Source: Spirogloea muscicola (lineage: Eukaryota). From it: a stretch of DNA of 20,000 bases. The notes beneath the pieces are model-generated. The model was not told the DNA's origin and did not search any database. It saw only the letters and a program-made list of their open reading frames with translations. The stretch is from positions 2,225,759 through 2,245,758 of the forward strand of contig WELB01000001.1 of assembly GCA_009602725.1 (NCBI GenBank), written 5' to 3'. Below, piece by piece: positions 10,501-20,000 of the stretch; within the stretch, counting starts at the first letter, position 1, and each line of letters opens with the position of its first letter. Made by a program: the position numbers and the translations under genes.

Positions 10501-12534
10501 TATAGGCTTTTCTAAGTACAAATGCTGGGCACACATCTCCTCTCCAGTGCATGTGTGACAGACCTTGGGAATCTTGGGCACGCGCCGGGCCTCATTGCTT
10601 TCCAGCGCCGCCTGCAGGGCCACTAGATGCTCCTGCATGCTCTCGCTCTTCGCGTCCAAGGCTCCATCAAGCGCCTCCACCTGTGCGGTCAGGCCCGAGC
10701 CGCGGACACCTTGGAGCACGCCTTCGAGGTACTGCCGCACCAGGGCCGTGCCCTTGCCAAGCAGTCCGCTACCCCCACCTCCAGTGGTGTTGCCGCCCTT
10801 GCCCTTCTTTCCGCTGCCCTCCTTTCCCCGCCCTACACCGCCGCCCTTCCGCTGCTCGCCAGCCCCAACCTCGGCCCGTGGTGCAGTGTCCGAAGCATCC
10901 TTGCCAGCAGATCGTGCTGCGGTGCTGGCCTCCCGGCTCTTCAGGAGCTGGAGGCTGGCAACGGCCTCCAATGCAGAAAGCTCTCGCGCCAGGTCCAAGC
11001 AGGCAACACACTTGCGCGCGGCGAGCACCGCCGGCAGGCCACCGCCGTCGACGAGGTCGGCCGCCGAGATGGCTGAAGACACCTCATCAGCCGCCGACTG
11101 AATGGCTGCCACAGTCTCTGAGGCAATGCCCAGGGCGCCAGAGAGCTCCGCTGCCGAGAGCTCGCCTCCAGGCTGCGCCTGGTACAAGTACAGAAGGTGC
11201 CGGCACTGGCGGCCATCACCTCCAGCGCAAAAGCTCCAGCACACTGACAAATGGCCTGATGTGTGAACACTAGCAACTCCAGGTCCTGCACCCATCGCTG
11301 CGGCCTCACCTCGTGCCGCGACAGGACCTCGATGACTTTGGACGTGCGGCGCACGCTGCTGGAGGCCAGGGGCACGAGCGAGCGAAGGAGGCCGGTGACG
11401 TGCGTCGCCACCAGCGGGCAGGGGATGAAGGTGCTGCCCAGCTTGCCATTCGAGGCAGCATCAGCGGCATCGGTTGCCCCGCTGAGCTCGGCCTTGACGC
11501 TGCCAGCAACCGACTTCAAAGCCTCCCGTACTGCACTTCAGAAAAATGCGCGGCAGGTCGTATGAGGCCACTGGAGATCTGTATGTCACGCTCGCCAGAG
11601 CCCCGACGTACCTGCTGCAGCTATGATGGATGCAGCCCCATGAAGCCTTTCGCAGCATGCACATCAACCAGCCTACATTGGGGGACAACCAAGACACGCC
11701 TTCTGCAGAGGCATGACAACTGTGCAAGCCGTGGAGCGCGTGCACACCTAGGCCGTGGCACTGGGGGAGGGCATTGATGGCGGCGAGGCTGACGCCGTCC
11801 TTGCGAGGGTTGACGAGCTTGGAGCCGGCCAGGAGAGCGCGGAGCTCCGAGGCGGCCTCGGCCTGTGACTTGTGCACCGGGCCCTCAGCGCCGCCGCCGA
11901 GGTCGAGAGCAGCCGTGTAGGCCTGCAGAGCCTCGCAGGACAGCGCCGCAACGCCGTCCGCCGCACGCAGCAGCACTCGCGCGTCGTGGACCGCCAGCGC
12001 CGCCACGCCGGCGCTGGCGGCGGCGGTCTCAAGCAGAGCGCGGTGCTCGGCCGCCGTGACGCCGGAGGGCGCCGCGGCCAGGATCGCTGCCAGCGCTGCT
12101 AGCACGGCCAAGTCCCCGTCGGCAGCCGGCAGAGTCGGCGGCGGCGGCCCGCCGGAGGCGCCGAGAAGGGCGGCGAGGCCGTTGACCAACGCCGGGCGGA
12201 CTCCGCGCCCGGGACCGCCCCGGAGCAGCGCAGCCAGCACCGCCGTCGCGACAGCACGCGCCTGCTCTGGCGGCAGCGCTGGCTGCGCCGGCGGCCCGTC
12301 GTGGCCGTCCTCGACGCCGCCGCCGTCGCCGTCGATGTCGAGCTTGGCAAAGCCGCCACCATCCTCGCCAGCCGTGCCGACGCTGCGCGCCAGCCTCGCG
12401 AGCGCGGCGGCGTCGGGCACGGCGGCGTGGCCCAGCACGGCGACGGCGAACACGTCCTCCAGCGCCAAGGCCCCGACGCCCACGGCCACGGCGGGGGCGC
12501 GGCCGGCGCCGCCGCCGGCGTCCGCAGCGGCCAT
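7587..12534 (-). CDS. HARS: Cytosolic histidyl-tRNA synthetase (class IIa) with plant-type N-terminal histidine/phenylalanine ammonia-lyase-like domain, about 984 aa
   Basis: 12 GT-AG exons, all phase-consistent: 12534-11748, 11530-11310, 11178-10564, 10435-10256, 10100-9999, 9880-9719, 9570-9436, 9191-8910, 8774-8712, 8543-8466, 8186-8019, 7748-7587 (TGA); total 2955 nt. HisRS motifs: [72 protein letters not shown], plus the C-terminal anticodon-binding domain ([13 protein letters not shown]). Confidence 0.97.
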
Positions 12535-12789
12535 GGTTGTCTCCGGCAGCTGTCTCTTTGTAACCAATATATGGAATATCAACTTTCCAGCAGAGGGCGA
12601 TGGCAGTGAGTGGCCAGCCCAGAAATATGGCGAATGAACAAAGCTCGAGATAAACTGGACAAATATGCGCTTTCCCAGAGCTCTCCCGGGTAGAAGAAAC
12701 ACTTTATCACGATCGGAAGGGCCAGGAGCCCCTGGAATGACGGCGACACCGCCACAGTCCCGTGGGCTTTTCCGCGGCCCCTCGTCCCC

Positions 12790-12797
12790 AAACCCTA
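12790..12797 (+). promoter_or_regulatory. Telo-box-like element (AAACCCTA) upstream of HisRS
   Basis: Exact AAACCCTA about 255 nt upstream of the HisRS ATG. Telo-boxes are known from promoters of plant translation-machinery genes. It is a short motif in a genome rich in such words. Confidence 0.35.
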
Positions 12798-13149
12798 GGT
12801 CGAGGCCGCCGCGACTCCTCCAAAACCCCGGGCCGCCGCCGGGCGTCGCCGCCCCCCGCCATTGCCCGCCTCTCGACGCCCGAGCCGGCTCCTCCGCTGC
12901 CACTCCCGCCGCTGCTGCCGCCTCCGCCACACCAATCGCACCATCTGCATCGCCACCACCACTAGTGCCGCTTTCTCAACCAACTCCCCCACTGCCGGCC
13001 ATGCCATTGCCCCCATCGCTGCGTTCGCCGCCGCCGCCGTCGCTACCGCCTCCACCTTCGGGACCGCCAGCTCCGCCGCCTTCGTCTCCACACCGCTCGC
13101 CAAAGCCCGCTGCCGTGTAAACACTGTCAGCGGCCCTGCAAAAGTGGGC

Positions 13150-15450
13150 GGACCAGGCAGGCCAGTTCCTTCCGCGCCATCCCCGCCTAGGCCTCGTCAC
13201 TGGCAGTGGCTCGCCGACCTCGACCTGGCAGCGGTCCACAGACAGGCGGCCCTTCCGCTCCTCCGCCATGTTCCCCGCTGGGTGCGCCCGCACCTTCGTC
13301 GAGCCCGCCGCCCCGTGATGCAGCGAATTGTGGCGGACCACCGCGACGAAGCGTCGTGGAAGCTGTTCCTCCGTCCTCCGGCTGCTGAGTCCTTCCAGCC
13401 CCCGGCTGCTGGGGCGCAACTACAAAGGCCGCAGTCAGGAGCCAACAGCCCCTCCTGGAGCGTGTCTTTCGGTCGGAGAGCGGGAGGTGGGAGGAGCTCC
13501 TGGCACGGCACGACGCTGCAGTTGCCACATCGGCAGCCAACCACAGTGCCACACGGGCGGCGCCAGACAGGGTCCGGAGCTCTCGGCTTTGGCCATGCAG
13601 GCGAGCTCTCCAGGGCGGTGCAGGCTTTGGACGACTCGGTGCTGGCGCCCACGAATGAGGATACGAGGGAGGCTCTTGAGACCCTCCACCCCCCGGCACG
13701 CTCTCCCCTGCCCCTGTGGAGGTTGGACACTGACGCCCTCCGCAAGGCTCTGCAGAGCAACCGCTGCGCAGCTGCCGGGGGGTGGAGGGTCTCATGGGTG
13801 GAGTGAGTCACGGGCCTCCCTCGTCTCCTCATTCGTAGGCGCCAGCGCCGAGTCGTCCAAAGCCTGCACCGCCCTGGCGAGCTCCCCTGCCAAAGCGGAG
13901 AGCTCGGCGGACGCTGGCTGCCCTGTCTGGCGCTGCCTGTGCGTCTACGGTTGGCTGCGGCCACTGCAACGTCATGGCGTGCCAGAAGTTCCTTCCACCT
14001 CCCGCTCTCGAACAGAAAGAAGAAAGTCAGGTTTGTTGGCCCTGACTGCGGCCCTCTTGAGTTGCTGGTCGGGGAAAAGAAAGAAAAGCTTCAACGACGA
14101 CTCGGCGGTGGTCCGCCACAATCCGCTGCATCACATGCTCACCGAGCACCTGGGGAGGGGAATATGGCTGACTTTTGGGCGCTGCAGCAGGTGTGTCAGC
14201 ACCTTGTCGGGATAATGTTCCGGCCACCATCCGAGACGTCCTCAGCACCAGTACGTTGCTCGCCCTTGACAAGGTGAACGGATGGATTTGGCCAATCGCC
14301 ATTGAGGAAGTGCTCTACCGCCTGGTGGGGCGCATCCTGTGGCAGCAGCACGCTGGGCAGGCCCATGCTCACCTAGCGCTTGACCAGTACGGAGCAGGCC
14401 TGCAGAGCGGCTGCGTGTGGTCGTGCACATCAGTTCGGGCCACCCTTGACCTGCACCCAGGGTGGACGGTCCTCGCGGTGGATGTCCCAAGTGCGTACAA
14501 CAGCGTGGCTCGGGACGTCATCGCCGAGGAGCTGAGGGAGGCCTTCCTCAGCCTCCTGCCCTTCTTCCGGCTTGGCTACGGTCAGCCGAGCGGCTTGCCG
14601 TGGAGAACAAGAATCGGTGTGGTGGAGATCCGTCAGTCTGCCACAGGCACACGGCAAGGGGATGCACTGGCGGGCCTTTTTACGCGCTGGCTCACACCCG
14701 CGCGCTGTCGTGGTTTTCAGCACTTTCCGCCCCTTCGGACCTTGTCTATTTATTTCGGGCTGGCTGTACACAGCGCTCGCCCCATTTGGACTAACTTGCT
14801 CTCAATCCGACAACTGGGAGCTGACACTCTTCTCCACACGCGACGCGCCCTCCTCGTCGGCATCACGCGCGGAGGTAAGAGGGGTCCCTGCATCAGCACA
14901 AATGTTGTGACTACTGACTCCGTCGACTCCGCCAACCCCACCAAATTGGCTGCAGAGGCAGGGCACACAGTTGGCAAGGTTGCGGGCGGTAGACAGCGGA
15001 AGTATGCGGATCACCCTGCCAGATATGATTTTGTGGCGCTGGCGGTGGACGTGCACGGGGCCTTTGGCAATCGGTGGCTGGCCGTCCTGTAGCGCTTTGT
15101 ACGGCGGGCCATCAATCGTGGTCAGGGACAGCATGGTGAGCTGCCCGGCTTCATCGTTGCCGGTCGCTTGCTCAAGTGTTCTGATTGTCGCTCTCTGTCT
15201 CATTTCATCGTATCGAGGCTCATGCATGCAATTGCTGGCAGGCCGCATGTTAGCTGCTGTTTTGATGGGTGGTTTATTTCCAGCTGCAAATGACACCGAC
15301 TTGCGGCTGCTGACTAGGGGTTGGGCCCCGACTTGTTGTAGCCACTTGCATAGCTGTGCTTTGTTTGCTCTTTTCGGTCTAAACCTTGTCCATTCTTTGT
15401 GAGCTGGCTTTTCACAGCCCTAGGCCCCTTTGGAAGAGCCACTTGCTTGC
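13150..15450 (+). mobile_element. Degenerate RLE-type (CRE-clade-like) non-LTR retrotransposon, internally deleted and rearranged
   Basis: Pre-RT region: LLRHVPRWVR...EASWKLFL...GELSRAVQAL..LAPTNEDTREALETLHP (13250-13700). RT N-half: LLALDKVNGWIWPIAIEEVLYRLVGR, QYGAG, VDVPSAYNSVAR, GTRQGDALAG (14210-14700). No YxDD motif or CCHC finger is visible, implying a deletion near 14705. RLE: RQRKYADHPARYDFVALAVDVHGAFG (14990-15070). Premature TAG at 15090-15092, decayed C-terminus to TDLRLLTRGW (about 15325), then 3' UTR to about 15450. The 5' boundary is approximate. Confidence 0.88.
13795..14170 (-). mobile_element. Inverted, diverged copy of the pre-RT region nested within the element
   Basis: Its reverse complement aligns with 13265-13690. 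Examples: gtgatgcagcggattgtggcggaccaccgc versus gtgatgcagcgaattgtggcggaccaccgc, and gctggcgcctacgaatgaggagacgagggaggc versus gctggcgcccacgaatgaggatacgagggaggc. Confidence 0.9.
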
Positions 15451-15530
15451 TTCCAAACGCCCCGTGAACGTCAACTGCCAACGACCACAGTCTCGGACTT
15501 GCAGGCTGGTCCGCATATTGAGCTCCTGAC
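15445..15530 (-). mobile_element. Inverted RLE-domain fragment of the same family
   Basis: The minus strand encodes QYADQPA...SLAVDVHGAFGS, compared with KYADHPA...ALAVDVHGAFGN at 15000-15072 on the plus strand. Confidence 0.8.
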
Positions 15531-16573
15531 CTCAATAGAAGGCACCCTGCGTCAATTTCGCTGCGGCCGTTGCAGGGCGAATCGTGGTTCCTGACTTCTG
15601 CGGCTGCTGAAAAGGGCAGAAGGCCTGTCCAAGGACGGACGCTGTGTACGTGATAGGTCTCTGCCCAAACAAGGCGGCGCCAATTTAAGAATTACACTGT
15701 TCAGGGTTTAGTGCAAAGAATGGGGCTACACAAAGCGAAGCCCTATGCTAAGTGCAGCTGAGGTAACAGTGCAAGAGCTGGATGAAGTGGGCCACGCGCC
15801 CGCGTTGCGCATGACAGGAGGCCAAAGCGAACTCACAGATCATGCTGACGGCAGAGGGCATGCAATCAAGGGGCTTCAGGCACTGACAAGCGAGCACATA
15901 CAAGTATGACAGACTGAGTCTCCGAGCCTCGGTTTCTGTCTGTTGTGCTGCTCGTCCCCTTCTTAGTCCCGTCCGTCTGAGACCTTCAACCGGCAACTGC
16001 TGTCGACCACAACCTCGTCCTGTTGGCCTATGAAGGCGGGATCACGGTCGCCTGAGACTGCTGATTAAGAATACCAATCTGCACATTGTCAATAAGTTAT
16101 GCCGTTTGGCTGGCTTCCACAGCCACTGCCTCCTTCAATTGAGCTTTGTGCGCTGGCATTACACGTTACTGACATTTGGGGCCAGTGGCTTGACCTCCTC
16201 GACCTCCTCCAGCGGCTTGCAAAGCCACTGCCTTGAATTTCAAGAGTTGTTCCTTATTTCAGAGCTGATATGCCCTACAGCATTTTCCCCCTCCAGGAGC
16301 TTCTCTACCTTCTCCTGAGACGTTGTACTTTCTCTTGGCTGACCTGGGGCAGCCACCGTTCCCTTAAGAGTGCGCTTCTTCGCAGTCACCTGCCTCTTCC
16401 ATTCCGCCTCTTAGGCACATCAGAGCGAGGTGCTGCGACACAGCTACAAGCTGTCGGTGGCTGCATTCTGCGTCAGCCAGGTCTTGAAGCTGCAAGGTCA
16501 TCCAAGGGGGGTGCCAGCGCAGGTCCTGCCTGCGACCAGCGGAAGGCTGCGGCAGTCCCGCAGCTGGATGCAC

Positions 16574-17536
16574 ATGGCGACGAGACTGCTGTGGCCGCTG
16601 TTTGCCAGATGGCGCCTGGCCAGCAGCAGCTCCGCCTGGCCAGCGCCGCCGCCGCAGGTGACGGCCGTGACTGTAAGGCACGGTGGCAAGGTGAGGGCCC
16701 GCTCGCTATGGCCAATGTGGCAGCCGCCGCAAAAGTCGCTTCAAATTGTCACCACCACCACTGCACCCAGCAGGGCAGGCCTCCCGTTTGCTGCGGCACG
16801 TGGCTTAGCGCCGCTCCGCCGCAAACTCAGGTGGGCGCAGGCACTGGAGGTTGAGTACTCCGGCGGCACCACCGACACGTTCTGTGCGGAGCTCCTCCGT
16901 GTGGAGAGCCCCGCCGCAGACAGTTGCGGCCTGAGAAGTGCGGCTGCAGCACCTGGCATATGGCGGGTGTGGCGGCTGCACCCACTGCACAGTTCTGCTT
17001 TTCATACTAGCAGAGGAAATGCCACATCTCGTCCTCAGTCCGACCTGCTGCTACTGGCCTGTATGCAGGTTGTGGCAGGTCGGCGGCATGTAAGCATACT
17101 CAACGTGGAGCCGGTGGGCCACTACGCTATACGGTGAGCATGCCACAGCTGCCACAGGCAGCGCCATGGAGCATATTCTCTGCACCTTTCTATGAACCCC
17201 ACATGTACAATCCGCCCCAACCCACACTGTTCCCAAGGGCCACCTACCCAGGTTGCTGGCAGTCGCTCATTGATGCATGCCAGCTCCTGCCAAGGGACTG
17301 TTCTTGAGAATGTTCTTCGGTGATGGGCTTCCTGGGACAAATGGAGCGCACATTGACTTGCGGATGGTGGGACATGTGTCTGCATGACCAGGATCCTTTT
17401 TGATGACCTGCACAGCACCGGCATCTACAGCTGGGGCTTTCTGCATGAGCTCGGGCGCAGCAAATTTGCACGGATGCGCGCTTACATCCACGCTCTCCGT
17501 GAGCGGCGTCTCAGCCGCAATCCTGCTAGACAATGA
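16574..17536 (+). CDS. DUF971 / gamma-butyrobetaine hydroxylase-like N-terminal domain protein, about 150 aa, probably organelle-targeted
   Basis: Exons: 16574 (or 16568)-16690 (MATRLLWPLFARWRLASSSS..., Arg/Ser-rich presequence-like); 16841-16966 (ALEVEYSGG..FCAELLRVESPAAD); 17069-17133 (VVAGRRHVSILNVEPVGHYAIR); 17392-17536 (ILFDDLHSTGIYSWGFLHELGRSKFARMRAYI...TGA). Junctions are GT-AG and phase-consistent. ELLRVxSPxA, EPVGxYA and FDDxHxTGIYxW are the family signature. Confidence 0.9.
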
Positions 17537-18092
17537 CGTGGACACATACCAAAACGACAGACATGGAGCTACATGCACGGAACCTCAGAGCTTGCCTGCT
17601 TCAGTAGCACAGCACCAGGGCCCGACATACAGCATACACAAGCCTCGTCAAACATGCACACTGGCACTTGGACCTCAGCCTGTTCAAGCACAGGGCTGCA
17701 TATTCACACGGCAGGCTTGCACAGGCCACCTCAAGAGTTGCTGAGTGCTTTGAGAGTAGCTGAATGCTTTGAGAGCAAACACAAAAGAAGCCTCGGCTTG
17801 TACAAGGAGTATGCGACTGTCAAGCCTGCATGCCAAGGCCTGCAGCTTACGACACAGCCGTAAACTGAAGACTGCTGCAGCAGCTCACTTGTGCATTGAG
17901 CACACACTCAATGACAGCATTGCTGTCCTGCTGTCCTGCGGCTTACCGGGATGGTCGGGCCCTTGCTTCAGCATGGCGCCAATTGCCAAGAGCTTAAGGT
18001 TTTTGTTCCCAATGCTACTCGATTGCACTTAGTAACCAGTGCCCTCGAAAAGCCCTCACTCTTAGAACCACTACTTGAAGTCGCCATTGCTG

Positions 18093-19429
<1,337 letters not shown>

Positions 19430-19430
<1 letters not shown>

Positions 19431-20000
19431 GCCGGCGCCGGCGCCGGCGGAGCCGACGACGACGACGGCGACGCTAGTGCCGGCGGCGGCTTCTGGGAGG
19501 GCCAGGAGGGCCGCGAGAAGCTGAGCGAGATCGAGGAGCTCAAGGAGCTCATGGCAGAGGCTGACGCACTGCGGCAGCGCGACGAGGCAGGCGCCGGCGA
19601 TGCCGCCGCGGCGTCCGGCGCACACGCCGAGTCTGAGGAGGAGAAGGCGGCCCGCTTCCGAGAGCAGCTGGCGCAGGTGAGCCCCGCAAGCCTGTGCTGT
19701 GCAGGCCGCCCTAATCCTAGCTCCCTGAAACCTAACCCTAGACCCTAAACCCTAAACTCCTCAAACCCTAAACCCCAACCCCTACCGTAAACCCTAAACC
19801 CTTAACCCGTGCTGCGGTGATCTGGGGCGCCCACGTTGGTCACCCGCCCTGATTGCGGCGGAGTGCGCAGAAAGCCAAGGAGCAAGCGGAGCGGCGCAGG
19901 GAGGCGGAGACGCTCTTCCGCTTCGGGCAGAAGGCGTACGAGCGCGGCATGTACGACAAGTCCGTCGACATCCTCGAGGCCGCGCTCGGCAACGTCCCGC
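19430..20000 (+). CDS. Conserved plant/algal TPR-like helical protein, partial (start not found; continues beyond the window)
   Basis: Exon about 19430-19676 (FWEGQEGREKLSEIEELKELMAEA...EEEKAARFREQLAQ|gtgag), intron 19677-19870, exon from 19871 (KAKEQAERRREAETLFRFGQKAYERGMYDKSVDILEAALGNVP). The GxxAYxxGxYxxxxxxLExAL pattern is TPR-like, and codon usage is strongly GC3-biased. Confidence 0.75.
19709..19808 (+). repeat. Degenerate interstitial telomere-like repeat (CCCTAAA-type) within an intron
   Basis: About 14 imperfect units (ccctaat, cctaaccctaga, ccctaaa, ccctaaa, ctcctcaaa, ccctaaa...) between donor 19677 and acceptor 19870. Confidence 0.85.

Noticed and set aside
10551..12637. Several long plus-strand ORFs over HisRS exons 1-3
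   Set aside because: Antisense shadows of GC-rich coding sequence.
12535..12930. In-frame N-terminal extension of HisRS exon 1 (ORF 11461-12930)
   Set aside because: No in-frame ATG upstream of 12534 (the track starts at an alternative codon). Composition looks like UTR or promoter, and accATGG at 12534 is a good start.
12800..13120. Pro/Ala-rich low-complexity ORFs opposite the HisRS promoter
   Set aside because: GC-rich low complexity leaves all frames open. I cannot tell a gene start from the retroelement's 5' region.
14175..15092. 305-aa ORF as an intact reverse transcriptase, or as a prokaryotic RT system (retron, group II intron, DGR)
   Set aside because: It lacks YxDD and the downstream RT motifs, is fused by deletion to RLE sequence, ends in a nonsense codon, and lies in eukaryotic context with non-LTR-type motifs.
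15585..16075. Further weak 'ctgcggctgctga'-like echoes of the element terminus (about 15590-15620 and 16050-16072)
   Set aside because: Too short and diverged to call without a family consensus.
16108..16240. Short imperfect direct repeat (ggcttccacagccactgcct / ggcttgcaaagccactgcct)
   Set aside because: Two copies of about 20 bp only; no array structure or coding support.
17036..17060. PQSDLLLLA resembling the retroelement terminus SDLLLLTRG
   Set aside because: Short match lying in the 3' part of a DUF971 intron, with no flanking similarity.

Overview
Eukaryotic, intron-rich DNA from the green-plant lineage, probably an alga (inference: GT-AG introns, CCCTAAA telomere-type repeats, plant-type gene set). 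Six spliced genes can be reconstructed by hand. (1) 3' part of a B3-domain (ABI3/LAV-like) transcription factor (+, 181-1862). (2) Small purple acid phosphatase (+, 3661-6172, interrupted by a 599-N gap). (3) Complete 12-exon cytosolic histidyl-tRNA synthetase with an N-terminal HAL/PAL-like domain (-, 12534-7587). (4) DUF971/GBBH-like protein (+, 16574-17536). (5) CXIP4-like zinc-knuckle protein (-). (6) TPR-like protein (+). Genes 5 and 6 meet head-to-head at about 19430, and neither shows its expected 5' end. The intergenic spaces hold many fragments of a CRE-like, RLE-type non-LTR retrotransposon family that repeatedly occur as inverted, chimeric pairs. The most striking is a 640-bp unit (2819-3458) made of two different element 3' ends facing outward, bounded by a 7-bp direct repeat. 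All calls come from manual reading and remembered family motifs; no searches were run.
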